A stretch of 64,000 nt of DNA from Candidatus Marinacidobacterales bacterium (GTDB lineage Bacteria > Acidobacteriota > Vicinamibacteria > Marinacidobacterales > DATDRI01): contig CBDANW010000002.1 of NCBI GenBank assembly GCA_965197825.1, positions 138,059 through 202,058 on the forward strand, in the 5' to 3' direction. Both the position numbers and the translations under genes were made by a program. The first letter of the stretch is position 1; the number at the start of each line of letters is the position of its first letter. Shown piece by piece: positions 1 through 9,072 of this stretch. Under the pieces are notes generated by a model. The model saw nothing but the letters and a program-made list of their open reading frames with translations, was not told where the DNA came from and did not search any database.

Positions 1-212
1 AGAACAATAAGTCTCTGCTGACGTTCTTTGGTAGAAAGCCCGCCGGGTATCTGTGATACAAGGGCGTCACGATGATCAGATATTGCACGATTTACGGACT
101 TAGCTTTGTTTTGGTGCGTATCACCGCCTGATTTGATGCCATCAACCAAGGGAGAAAGTGCTTCGTGAAGACAGTCGAGACACCTTGACTTATAGTCGAC
201 CAAATTAGTCAT
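1..212 (-). CDS. hypothetical protein, partial (runs off window start); candidate nuclease partner of the upstream C-protein-like regulator
   Basis: ATG at 212-210 (MTNLVDYKSRCLDCLHEALSPLVDGIK...) is open to position 1. Its start overlaps the stop of the upstream HTH gene (ATGACTAA), so the two are translationally coupled. No motif is recognisable in the ~70 aa visible. Confidence 0.3.
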   Translation of the reverse strand, partial: MTNLVDYKSRCLDCLHEALSPLVDGIKSGGDTHQNKAKSVNRAISDHRDALVSQIPGGLSTKERQQRLIV

Positions 213-501
213 CTGCTCCCCTGTTCAAACAAGAGAGCAGACGGGAAAGAGACACGTCGAGCGCTTGAGAAATATTTAGGAGATTGACAAGGCTGATATT
301 TCGCTCGCCCCGCTCTACACTGCCAATGTAAGTGCGATCTAAACCGGACAGATCCGCAAGCGCCTCTTGTGATAGACCACGTTCAGAACGGAGACGTCTA
401 ATCTCTGACCCAACTCTGTGTAAATGTTTGTTAAAGGCGCGTCCTCTCATGGATGTGTCCCGAGGTCCGTGGAAAAAGAACGGCGCCCTCCACTCCGTCA
501 T
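205..501 (-). CDS. XRE-family helix-turn-helix protein resembling restriction-modification controller (C) proteins
   Basis: IRRLRSERGLSQEALADLSGLDRTYIGSVERGERNISLVNLLNISQALDVSLSRLL is a textbook HTH_3 domain of C-protein length. The real start may be the internal Met (MRGRAF, position 450). Its upstream region is occupied by the end of an IS256-like element. Confidence 0.75.
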   Translation of the reverse strand: MTEWRAPFFFHGPRDTSMRGRAFNKHLHRVGSEIRRLRSERGLSQEALADLSGLDRTYIGSVERGERNISLVNLLNISQALDVSLSRLLSCLNRGADD

Positions 502-627
502 CAGAGTATCATATCAGGCGGCAACCTCCGCGTGTTCGAGAACCTCGCTCAGACGTTGGTAGCCGTCGATGCGTCGTAGTTGAATCTGGCCAGAGGCGAT
601 AAGCCCAAACAGCAAAGCGACCGCGGA

Positions 628-2027
628 GGTGATGTCTTAAGATTCCTGTCAAAGAAAAACGATGTATGGTTCCCCAAGCTCAAACCCGTCCCCGTCATGG
701 GGACAGAAAAGGAGAACCATACATCATGGGAAAGGTACTACCGAGTCAGCGATTGCTCAAGCAGTTCGAGGAACAACTGGTATTTGGGGAGATGAATCTC
801 TCGGAGATCGTCCGGTCGGGAGCTCAGATGATGCTTCAATATGCGTTGGAGCGCGAGGTGACGGAGGCGTTGGGTCGAAACTACTATGAGAACGCTCCGG
901 CAACGACGAAGGAGAAGGGACGACGCAACGGGTATGAGTCGCATCGGGTCCTCACGGGCGAGGGAGCGGTAACGGTGCAAGTGCCGCGGGTACGAGAAAC
1001 AGAGAAGGTGTTTCAGTCAAAGATTCTCGACGCCTACGTGAGCCGGACCGAGAAACTCGATGAACTGATCGCGCGGATGTACGTCCACGGGATGTCGACG
1101 CGTGACATTGAGGCGACGTTCGCGGACGTGCTGAGCGGCACGGGTGTCTCGAAGTCGGTGGTGAGCCGGGTCACACGGTGTCTGTCGGAGGATTTCGAGG
1201 CGTTTCGAAAACGGGATCTCTCGAACGAGAAGCTGTTGTATCTCGAGCTCGACGGCACGTACCTGCGCTACCACCAAGGAGCGGAGAGGAAAGAGCCCAT
1301 CCTCGTTGCGACCGGCTATCGCGCTGATGGGACGCGAGTTCTTCTTCATATCGGTGTCGGCAACCGAGAATCCTACGAGAACTGGAAGGGGTTCTTGCAG
1401 GAGATAGTGGCCCGAGGAATGAGGGAGCCGTTGCTCATCGTGACGGACGGGAATCCTGGAGTGCTCAAAGCGATCGCAGAGGTCTTCCCTCGAAGCCTCA
1501 AGCAACGTTGCCAGAAGCACCGCCTCGAGAACATCCTGGGCAAGGCTCCGAAGGAAGTGCGCGACGAACTCAAGGCGGCCATCCTTGAGTCGTTCCATGC
1601 GAACAGCTACGAGCAAGGGCTGAAGAAGGGTCGGGAGGTGATCGCTCGGTACCGTCAACGATTCCCGAGCGCGATGAAGTGCATGGAAGAGACCCTCGAA
1701 GCGTGTCTTCAGGCGCTACGCCTTCCTGCGGCGCATCACAAAAGGCTTCGCACGTCGAATCTACTTGAGCGCACGTTCGGAGAGCACAAACGTCGCACAA
1801 AGGTCATTCCTCACTTCTTCACCGAGGAGGCCGCGATGAAACTCTCGTTCGCTGTGCTCTTGGCCGTCGCAAACAAATGGCGCGGCGTGAGGATGGATGT
1901 CTTCGCCGCTAGGAAAGTCGAGGAGCTTCGCAACGAGCTTCTCCCGCAAGGCACGTCGGAGGAATCAGCAGCTTAACCGAGCGCGGGGAACCGTACGGAG
2001 ATTTGACAGGAAAATTAAGACTTGACC
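628..2027 (+). mobile_element. IS256-family insertion sequence, intact copy 1
   Basis: 1400 bp with imperfect terminal inverted repeats GGTGATGTCTTAAGATTCCTGTCAAA / GGTCAAGTCTTAATTTTCCTGTCAAA. An 8-bp direct duplication ACCGCGGA lies at 620-627 and 2028-2035. Confidence 0.9.
726..1976 (+). CDS. IS256-family (mutator-type) transposase
   Basis: Typical family sequence (MYVHGMSTRDIE..., LLYLELDGTYLRY..., QRCQKHRLENIL..., RTSNLLERTFGEHKRRTKV). GGAG lies 7 nt upstream of the ATG at 726, so the track start at 666 looks like an upstream extension. Near-identical copies are at 37148-38398 and 42107-43357. Confidence 0.9.
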   Translation: MGKVLPSQRLLKQFEEQLVFGEMNLSEIVRSGAQMMLQYALEREVTEALGRNYYENAPATTKEKGRRNGYESHRVLTGEGAVTVQVPRVRETEKVFQSKILDAYVSRTEKLDELIARMYVHGMSTRDIEATFADVLSGTGVSKSVVSRVTRCLSEDFEAFRKRDLSNEKLLYLELDGTYLRYHQGAERKEPILVATGYRADGTRVLLHIGVGNRESYENWKGFLQEIVARGMREPLLIVTDGNPGVLKAIAEVFPRSLKQRCQKHRLENILGKAPKEVRDELKAAILESFHANSYEQGLKKGREVIARYRQRFPSAMKCMEETLEACLQALRLPAAHHKRLRTSNLLERTFGEHKRRTKVIPHFFTEEAAMKLSFAVLLAVANKWRGVRMDVFAARKVEELRNELLPQGTSEESAA

Positions 2028-2372
2028 ACCGCGGACTCCTCGCTGGAGAACGACGCTTGGGTTTTCGTCCGGCGTCGAAACTCGCGGTTGAGATTCTCCA
2101 GAGCATTGGTCGTTCGAATCGATTTCCACATGGCACGAGGGAATTCATAGAAGGTCAGCAGCTGATTACCGGCCTCCTCTAGGCTTCGGACGACGGCCGG
2201 CGCGAGAGGCATCCACTTGGCGACGAGTTCGTCATAGGCTTTGCGAGCATCGATCCCGTTCTTGGCGTAGACGATCCGGTTGTAGTCACGCCGGAGCTCA
2301 CGGCGTGCGTGCGCCGGGCAATGTTCGAGCAAGTTGGCGCGCTTGTGCTCGGTACATCGCTGCAACCGGCAC

Positions 2373-2682
2373 CCCGTCCTGTGCCAAAACTCAGCCCTTT
2401 TGAAATAGACCATAAATCAGCAGCTTAGCGACTGGGCCGAGGGCCCCTAGGCTTTACAGTTACCCAACCCGCGGTCGACCTTCGAGAGCCGCGGCCGTTT
2501 CACCGGACGGCAGAGGACGGCGAGCTGCTGCCGAAGAGCGACATTGTCGAGAGCCAGCTCGCGATGAGCCTTGAAGGCGGAGATGAGAGCGCGAACAAAC
2601 GACGAAATCAAGCAGGTATGGTGCTGGCAGACCGGAGACTAATCAAGTTCGGGGCGCCCGGATGAATAAATAGAAGGCACAG
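2373..2682. mobile_element. ~310-bp non-autonomous (MITE-like) derivative of an rve-type IS
   Basis: Runs from CCCGTCCTGTGCCAAAACTC... to ...GGATGAATAAATAGAAGGCACAG (CTGTGCC/GGCACAG termini). It carries only the first ~55 codons of a transposase (MISSFVRALISAFKA.RELAL.NVALRQQLAV) in antisense. A second copy is at 36347-36660. Confidence 0.6.
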
Positions 2683-3820
2683 GTATTTGGGGAGATGAAT
2701 CTCTCGGAGATCGTCCGGTCGGGAGCTCAGATGATGCTTCAATATGCGTTGGAGCGCGAGGTGACGGAGGCGTTGGGTCGAAACTACTATGAGAACGCTC
2801 CGGCAACGACGAAGGAGAAGGGACGACGCAACGGGTATGAGTCGCATCGGGTCCTCACGGGCGAGGGAGCGGTGACGGTGCAAGTGCCGCGGGTACGAGA
2901 AACAGAGAAGGTGTTTCAGTCAAAGATTCTCGACGCCTACGTGAGCCGGACCGAGAAACTCGATGAACTGATCGCGCGGATGTACGTCCACGGGATGTCG
3001 ACGCGTGACATTGAGGCGACGTTCGCGGACGTGCTGAGCGGCACGGGTGTCTCGAAGTCGGTGGTGAGCCGGGTCACACGGTGTCTGTCGGAGGATTTCG
3101 AGGCGTTTCGAAAACGGGATCTCTCGAACGAGAAGCTGTTGTATCTCGAGCTCGACGGCACGTACCTGCGCTACCACCAAGGAGCGGAGAGGAAAGAGCC
3201 CATCCTCGTTGCGACCGGCTATCGCGCTGATGGGACGCGAGTTTTTCTTCATATCGGTGTCGGCAACCGAGAATCCTACGAGAACTGGAAGGGGTTCTTG
3301 CAGGAGATGGTGGCCCGAGGAATGAGGGAGCCGTTGCTCATCGTGACGGACGGGAATCCTGGAGTGCTCAAAGCGATCGCAGAGGTCTTCCCTCGAAGCC
3401 TCAAGCAACGTTGCCAGAAGCACCGCCTCGAGAACATCCTGGGCAAGGCTCCGAAGGAAGTGCGCGACGAACTCAAGGCGGCCATCCTTGAGTCGTTCCA
3501 TGCGAACAGCTACGAGCAAGGGCTGAAGAAGGGTCGGGAGGTGATCGCTCGGTACCGTCAACGATTCCCGAGCGCGATGAAGTGCATGGAAGAGACCTTC
3601 GAAGCGTGTCTTCAGGCGCTACGCCTTCCTGCGGCGCATCACAAAAGGCTTCGCACGTCGAATCTACTTGAGCGCACGTTCGGAGAGCACAAACGTCGCA
3701 CAAAGGTCATTCCTCACTTCTTCACCGAGGAGGCCGCGATGAAACTCTCGTTCGCTGTGCTCTTGGCCGTCGCAAACAAATGGCGCGGCTGGGCTTGATC
3801 CGGTTTCGTAGACGGTTTAG

Positions 3821-4722
3821 TTAAGCTGGCGAAGTCCTCATCCGTCGTTCAAACTCGGCCGGACTGACCTGGCCGAGGGTCGAGTGTCGTCGTCTCTGGT
3901 TGTAGAATACCTCGATGAAGTCGAAGAGGGCCATCTTGGCCTCGCCGCAACTTAGGAAATGCTCCCCAAGCTCGTGCTTGACTGTGGAGAACCAGCTCTC
4001 GATGACGGCGTTGTCGTAGCAGTTGCCCCGTCGGCTCATGCTCCCGGTCATGCCATGCGTCTCAAGGAGACGTTGGTAGTCTTTGCTGGCATACGGACTG
4101 CCCTGATCGGAGTGATGCAAGAGCCCTGCGGCCGGTTGGCGACGTTTCAGTGCCATCCGCAACGCCTTGATAACCAGGTGACGGTCGTTAATAGCACTTA
4201 CGGCCCACCCAACGAGGAATCGCGAGTAGAGGTCGAGGAGCGCCGCGAGATAAAGCTTCCCGCCGCTGCCGATCACGAACTCGGTCGTGTCCCCGACCCA
4301 CCGTTGGTTCGGCGCATCGGCGACGAAGTCTTGCCCGAGCACATTGGCCGCGACGGGCTGGCCATGACCGCTTACCGTCGTGCGCTTGAAGCGTTTGCGT
4401 ACTCGAGCAATGAGGCCTTCTGCCTGTTTCAACCGAATCACCCGCTTCCGACTCACTCGGTACCCCTGCTCGTGCAGGTCGTGATGAATCCGCGGACTCC
4501 CATAGGTGCGGCGACTCGCCTCATGGGAGGCACGAATCAACACGCGCAACTGGCGGTCCCGGCGCGCGTGGGCCGACGGCGGCCGACGTGCCCAGGCATA
4601 AAAGCCACTCCGAGAGACGTTGAGAATCTGACACAGGTGAGCGACCGGTACGGTGGCCTTCTCCGCCTGGATGAACGCGAATCTTACTCGCTCTCCCTCG
4701 CGAAGAAGGCCGCGGCTTTTTT
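3821..4722 (-). CDS. IS3-family transposase OrfB (rve/DDE integrase), expressed as OrfAB by -1 frameshift
   Basis: The -1 frame opens at the A7 run (SRGLLREGERVRFAFIQAEKATVPVAHLCQILNVSRSGFYAW...). It continues through YGSPRIHHDL, WVGDTTEF, HHSDQGSPYAS and NCYDNAVIESWF, which are DDE(35)E motifs. Confidence 0.85.
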
Positions 4723-5001
4723 TAAAACGTCGCGCTCCACCCGCAACCGCCGATTCTCTTTGCGGAGCCGCCGAAGCTCCTCGCGTTCCACGCCCGTCAA
4801 GCCCGTCCGGCCCTTCGTCCGATCGGCCCGGGCCTGACGGACCCAGTTGCGAAACGCCGATTCGGTGAGGTCAAGCTCCCGGGCCACCCGACCCACGCTC
4901 TGGCCCTCATCAAGCACCAGCCGGACCGCGCCTGCCTTAAACTCGTCATCAAACTCCCGGCGGGGTCGCCGGGGCTGCGTTGTCTTTGCCATTGTGGACA
5001 T
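4684..5001 (-). CDS. IS3-family transposase OrfA (HTH)
   Basis: MSTMAKTTQPRRPRREFDDEFKAGAVRLVLDEGQSVGRVARELDLTESAFRNWV... followed by a leucine-zipper-like RRLRKENRRLRVERDVLKKAAAFF. This is the classic OrfA layout. Confidence 0.85.
   Translation of the reverse strand: MSTMAKTTQPRRPRREFDDEFKAGAVRLVLDEGQSVGRVARELDLTESAFRNWVRQARADRTKGRTGLTGVEREELRRLRKENRRLRVERDVLKKAAAFFARESE
4716..4723 (-). promoter_or_regulatory. programmed -1 ribosomal frameshift site (A AAA AAA G)
   Basis: A TTTAAAAAAAGCC heptanucleotide sits at the orfA/orfB overlap, just before the orfA stop. Confidence 0.7.
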
Positions 5002-5192
5002 CGTATCCGCCTTTCAGAAAGTGTCCACGAAACTGGATCAAGCCCACCGGCGTGAGGATGGATGTCTTCGCCGCTAGGAAAGTCGAGGAGCTTCGCAACG
5101 AGCTTCTCCCGCAAGGCACGTCGGAGGAATCAGCAGCTTAACCGAGCGCGGGGAACCGTACGGAGATTTGACAGGAAAATTAAGACTTGACC

Positions 5193-5442
5193 TTCCTCGG
5201 GGCACCATCTCCTGCAAGAACCCCTTCCAGTTCTCGTAGGATTCTCGGTTGCCGACACCGATATGAAGAAGAACTCGCGTCCCATCAGCGCGATAGCCGG
5301 TCGCAACGAAGATGGGCTCTTTTCTCTCCGCTCCTTGGTGGTAGCGCAGGTACGTGCCGTCGAGCTCGAGATACAACAGCTTCTCGTTCGAGAGATCCCG
5401 TTTTCGAAACGCCTCGAAATCCTCCGACAGACACCGTGTGAC
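5193..5442 (-). pseudogene. internal IS256 transposase fragment in inverted orientation
   Basis: Encodes TRCLSEDFEAFRKRDLSNEKLLYLELDGTYLRYHQGAERKEPIFVATGYRADGTRVLLHIGVGNRESYENWKGFLQEM. It abuts the right IR of the preceding copy on one side and a MITE on the other. Confidence 0.8.
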
Positions 5443-5763
5443 CCCGTCCTGTGCCAAAACTCGGCCCTCTTGAAATAGCCGATAAATCAGCAGCTTAGCG
5501 TCTGTGTTTTGCGATGGTGCCAAGGGCCGTGGCCTTTACAATCGTCTGGCCCGAGGGTGTTATCTTCGGATCCATCATGACGTACCATGTGCAATTCCTA
5601 CTGTTGGTCAGGCAGCCGTTGTTCGATCGGGCAGCCCTGCCGCTCACACAGACCTCATGGGTGCTTCCACCATTAAGTGTTGGCAAAATGACACTAAGAC
5701 TTTACGGTGCATTAAATTACAGCCATGGTCTTTCAAAAGGGCCGAGTTTTGGCACAGGACGGG
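5443..5763. mobile_element. ~320-bp MITE with ~33-bp perfect terminal inverted repeats (TIR-A family), copy 1
   Basis: CCCGTCCTGTGCCAAAACTCGGCCCT.TTGAAA ... TTTCAAAAGGGCCGAGTTTTGGCACAGGACGGG. The interior keeps only the start of the rve-type transposase (MTYHVQFLLLV). Near-identical copies are at 29440-29758 (inverted) and 47061-47384. Confidence 0.8.
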
Positions 5764-5831
5764 AAGCCGTGTCACACGAAGGGCCGGAGCGTCAGACGAA
5801 CGCTCGTCGAGGACACTGAGGGCGGGGCGCC

Positions 5832-6236
5832 ATGGAACGACTGATCCCCCGAATCGACGCGCTTATTACGTCTGCGTTGGTTTCGTGGCGTCGGGAGGGG
5901 CACAACATTCGAGTCCAGTTGAAGAAACGTTCCCGGACGCAAGTCGTGCGATGTGCGCGGACGCAAGACCGGTACGTGTTTCGATCCTCAGTGCTTCCAC
6001 CGAAGCAGGTCACGACATCCGATAGGGCTTGGCGGGACCTCGCGTACCGCGCGTGGCGGCGGAACGCGGCCAAAGAGCTGGTCACGTTCTCCTTCGACGA
6101 GCAGGACGCGCTCATTGGCGTAATCGAGGTTCCCGCCGCGACGCTGGATCGCGAAGAGCTGCAGTTGTATGTCGAGACGTTGGCGAAAGAGTGCGACCGG
6201 TTCGAGTACGCCCTGACGGGTGAGGACGTTGAGTGA
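5832..6236 (+). CDS. hypothetical protein (134 aa)
   Basis: Single clean ORF between IS debris, ending ...VIEVPAATLDREELQLYVETLAKECDRFEYALTGEDVE. I cannot assign a family with confidence. Confidence 0.35.
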   Translation: MERLIPRIDALITSALVSWRREGHNIRVQLKKRSRTQVVRCARTQDRYVFRSSVLPPKQVTTSDRAWRDLAYRAWRRNAAKELVTFSFDEQDALIGVIEVPAATLDREELQLYVETLAKECDRFEYALTGEDVE

Positions 6237-6466
6237 GGAGTGTTCCAAAGATGCCGACGACTTCGTTACGAATGGCCGTCTGGCCAAAATACTCGAACGC
6301 CGTCGTGTCCAAAAATACAAACGAACTGGTGCTTGCGCTGTTTACTGTTGGTGATGTGTACGCATCCCTTTGCAAAAAAGGCGCTTACGCTCCATTTAGC
6401 GCGCAGCGAAGGTCACGAGCGCTATTTTGGCTGTAACTTAATGCACTGTAAAGTCTTAGCGTCGTC

Positions 6467-7060
6467 TCACCAACACCTGATGGAGGAAGCACCTGCTCCG
6501 CCGGTCAAAAGAGTCCCCCTCTTTGACCCAGGAGCAAGAATGTCCGGGTCGTCGTTCCGAACGCTGTTCACTCTGGTGCTAACGGCACGCTTCTCGTAAG
6601 GGCCGCCATAGGGTTCACGCACCAAGTCGAGTAGTCTCGGCACCGGCGACGTTGGGTCGAGCCAGTCGTCGAAACAGTCTGGAGCGATGATGGCGGGCTG
6701 TCGATGGTGAATGTCGGCAAGCTCTGGAGAGGCCGTCGTCGTGATGATGGTGAAGGATTCGAGGGAGTTGTTGCCCTTGCCACAGTGCTCCCACAGAGCG
6801 GCAAACGAAAGCGGCAACCCGTCGCCAAGCGCCAAGAAGTAAGGCTGCTTGCCGTACCCGGTCCGTTGCCCGTCTGGTCAAAATACTCGAACGCCCAGCG
6901 GGTCAGCAGTTTGCACCTTTCCGAGGGCTGCTTGAATCTGGCATCGCGGTCGGATACGTATTTCTTCCGGGTGCGCAGTTCGTTGCCTGCAGCTCGCCCC
7001 GGCAGCCGATTTGAGCCAGCCGTGCGCACCCCCGGTGGGCCTGTCGCCCGCCACCCGCAG
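6467..7060 (-). pseudogene. SOS-response-associated peptidase (SRAP/YedK, DUF159) gene, frameshifted and 5'-truncated
   Basis: The C-terminal part GKQPYFLALGDGLPLSFAALWEH...SFTIITTTASPELADIHHRQPAIIAPD..WLDP...YEKRAVSTRVNSVRNDDPDIL is typical of SRAP. The upstream segment ...RCKLLTRWAFEYFDQTGNG is in another frame (1-nt shift near 6850). The N-terminus is replaced by an IS terminus at ~7068. Confidence 0.6.
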
Positions 7061-7067
7061 CCCAGGG

Positions 7068-7182
7068 GTCGGAAGCCAGTCCTGCGGCGCGAAATACCCT
7101 GGATTCTGCGCGGATTCCAAGGGCGTCTAAGCTGCTGATTTGTGGTCTATTTCAAAAGGGCCGAGTTTTGGCACAGGACGGG
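7068..7182. repeat. terminal ~115 bp of a TIR-A-family IS (solo end)
   Basis: GGTCGGAAGCCAG.CCTGCGGCGCGAAATACCCTGGATTCTGCGCGGATTCCAAGGGCGTCTAAGCTGCTGATTTGTGGTCTATTTCAAAAGGGCCGAGTTTTGGCACAGGACGG. The same variant occurs at 29876-29992 and 52944-53059. Here the terminus sits inside a CRISPR repeat. Confidence 0.75.
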
Positions 7183-7439
7183 ATTGAAACTCAGCGCCAG
7201 AACCATCCGCCGCGTATGGAGTGCGTCTCCCCTCGCTTCGGCGGGGGGAGTGGATTGAAACCTGAGTAGCGGGTTGTCCCGGAGCGCTTGCGCGGTGGTC
7301 TCCCCTCGCTTCGGCGGGGGGAGTGGATTGAAACTCAAAGAGCGCCTTGATATCGAAGGTCGGGTTCGTCTCCCCTCGCTTCGGCGGGGGGAGTGGATTG
7401 AAACATGGCGAATCTGTTTCACGAGTCGGGGACAATCGC
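7181..7439 (+). CRISPR. orphan CRISPR array remnant: 3 full 37-nt repeats plus one truncated repeat, 4 spacers
   Basis: The repeat GTCTCCCCTCGCTTCGGCGGGGGGAGTGGATTGAAAC occurs at 7225-7261, 7298-7334 and 7368-7404, and the repeat tail GGATTGAAAC at 7181-7190. Spacers are 34, 36, 33 and 35 nt and all differ. Each repeat has an internal hairpin (CCCCTCGC-TTCG-GCGGGGGG) and an ATTGAAAC 3' tag. No cas genes are in the window. Confidence 0.8.
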
Positions 7440-7677
7440 GTCCTGTCCAAAAACACAAACGAACTCAAGACTGGTGCGCCGGGCCGTTTCGATCGTCATC
7501 GACCCATGGCGAGCCCCAGTTCTGGGGCGCGTCGGAGGCGATGTCGGCGATTCGGGTTCCCCGTACGCGCAGGGAAAACACGGTCCAGCAACGGGATGCC
7601 ACGCTCCCGGGCGGAGACCTGGATCCAGGCCCGGGCCGCACCTGGACCAGAACGTGCTAGCGGCTACGCCGCGGTAG

Positions 7678-7958
7678 CCCTGGCCTTGATTCTGGACTCC
7701 TCGGGCGGCCTCTTTTCCGACGCTGCACGGCCCTGTCAGCGACCCGCTCCCCCCCTTTGGCGCAAACGTGGCAATCGAAGATCGAGATTAGAGACCAAAA
7801 CCGAAAATGAGGCCTCTTCAGCCCTTCTAGCGCGTCTCTGGTGACACCTACCCCTGCCAAACCCCGCCAACCGCGCGAAAAATCTCACCCGTCTCTGCAG
7901 TGCCACAATTTGCAAGACTGGGTGGCGGATGGTGAAGTCTGGAGCTATCCGGTCTCGG
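7678..7958 (+). repeat. noncoding ~280-bp 'module X', copy 1 (paralogues at 41398-41676 and, partial, 47383-47418)
   Basis: Roughly three-quarters identical by eye to 41398-41676, with shared blocks such as GCGTCTCTGGTGACACC, CTGCAGTGCCACAATT and GGGTGGCGGATGG..GGAGCTATCCGGTCTCGG. No convincing ORF on either strand. Confidence 0.6.
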
Positions 7959-8305
7959 GCCACATTCGACAAAAATGGGACATTTTGTAAAACCCGAATT
8001 TGAGAACCATCTATTTTAGAGGGACTTACGTCCGTACACGTCCATACACCTAGAGGAGGGGTTCTCAGAATGGGAGGTCAAAATACGAATATAAAACGAA
8101 AATATCCTATCGCGCGGCCGGGCCACAGCAGCGTCTTACAGCGCGATGGCACGCCGCAGGCTTCTTCTCTGTACCGGTCAACCTCCCTCGAAAAGCCCGC
8201 TAATTCCCGTAGTGTCGCCCAAACCGCGCAAACTCTAATGATGATAGCGGCATTATTGATGATGAAGGGTAACGGAGCCGACCTCGTTCCGACGAATGAA
8301 CCCCA

Positions 8306-8965
8306 TCATCGCGGGTCCCGCGGGCGTGTGGTTTTGATCTTCGCCCCCGGATACTTCGCCTTGACCTCCTTAGCGTAAGCCTCCCGCCGTCGGCGCTGGG
8401 CTTCAGGCCGATGGGCTTCGTACCAGCGGTGCGACCGCACCATCTGGGAACAGCTCGAGGAGCAGTACCGCTGACGCCGCGTCTTTACGATTAGACGTTG
8501 ACACGCTGGCCGGAGACACCGGGCGAGCCGGTGCCCACTGTCCTCCAGGATCTCGACCACCGCGATCCAGAACGAGTCGGGCCACTTGGCCAAGATGCTT
8601 CGTTCGAGCTGTCCCTCGTACTTTAACAACATCACTTGATGTGCTCGGATCTCTATCTGCACCAGAGGGGCATCCGGAAACGAGACGAGGTGATCCAGCT
8701 TGTCCAGGACCTCGTGTTGCAGGGCAAGCAGGGCTACGGGTGTGAGCTCACCATCGGTTGGCTCGCATGGATGCACGCGATAAATACCGCTTAACCTTAT
8801 TTCCGGCAGTTCTCTCGACCACCGGTCGGCTGACTCAGCCGTCAATTCCGTCTGGGCAAACTCCACGAGTTTTGCCAGACGGCGTGCATGGATGTGGCTT
8901 CGGCGCCTCGTCGCAACGGATGCCGGCACCTTTTTGCGGCTCGAGCGTTTTCTCTTAACGGTCAT
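8306..8965 (-). CDS. hypothetical protein with C-terminal Cys-rich zinc-ribbon-like motif (prophage remnant)
   Basis: 219 aa with a basic N-terminus. The C-terminal CLRPACQRLIVKTRRQRYCSSSCSQMVRSHRWY resembles CGNR-type zinc fingers. It is divergent from the ParB-methylase gene. Confidence 0.45.
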   Translation of the reverse strand: MTVKRKRSSRKKVPASVATRRRSHIHARRLAKLVEFAQTELTAESADRWSRELPEIRLSGIYRVHPCEPTDGELTPVALLALQHEVLDKLDHLVSFPDAPLVQIEIRAHQVMLLKYEGQLERSILAKWPDSFWIAVVEILEDSGHRLARCLRPACQRLIVKTRRQRYCSSSCSQMVRSHRWYEAHRPEAQRRRREAYAKEVKAKYPGAKIKTTRPRDPR

Positions 8966-9072
8966 GGCGTATGAATGTCCCCCCTAAATGTCATAACGTT
9001 GAATTATATCATAACCGTTGAACATCTGTTTCGAACGCGCTATCTTGTTCATGAACAACGAGAACCGGAGAC

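Larger units (their letters stand above)
514..2370 (-). pseudogene. C-terminal part of a second, divergent IS256/mutator-type transposase, split by the IS at 628-2027 and 5'-truncated
   Basis: The frame ...TTNALENLNREFRRRTKTQASFSSEESAV (2036-2370) continues as ALLFGLIASGQIQLRRIDGYQRLSEVLEHAEVAA* (514-627) once the inserted IS and one copy of its duplication are removed. The N-terminus is cut at 2371 by a TIR-A terminus. Confidence 0.7.
3790..5046 (-). mobile_element. IS3-family insertion sequence inserted into the IS256 copy
   Basis: TG...CA ends with inverted repeats TGGGCTTGATCCGGTTTCGTAGAC / TGGGCTTGATCCAGTTTCGTGGAC. orfA and orfB lie in a -1 arrangement. A 3-4 bp duplication (GGC/CGGC) of the IS256 target is present. 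Confidence 0.85.
2683..5192 (+). mobile_element. IS256-family copy, 5'-truncated (lacks ~150 bp) and interrupted by an IS3-family element
   Basis: 2683-3789 and 5047-5192 are colinear with copy 1 positions ~781-2027, including the right IR ending at 5192. The transposase frame (track ORF 2695-3798) breaks exactly at the IS3 insertion. Confidence 0.85.

Noticed and set aside
1017-1658. 213-aa antisense ORFs (and several 60-80 aa ones) inside every IS256 copy (also 2920-3561, 37466-38107, 42425-43066).
   Set aside because: They lie entirely antisense to a well-supported transposase gene and recur only because the IS recurs. They have no motifs and a Arg/Leu/Pro-rich composition typical of high-G+C antisense frames.
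7678-7958. Whether module X could be a tRNA/tmRNA-derived attachment site, a group II intron remnant or a CRISPR leader.
   Set aside because: I could not fold a cloverleaf or find T-arm (GGTTCGAATCC-like) or intron domain V signatures. It lies downstream of the array given the repeat orientation, not upstream. It is kept only as an unexplained repeat.
8070-8378. 102-aa plus-strand ORF with a GAGGAGG upstream.
   Set aside because: Its 3' third overlaps the better-supported minus-strand gene at 8306-8965. The SD spacing is long (12 nt) and the sequence has no motif.
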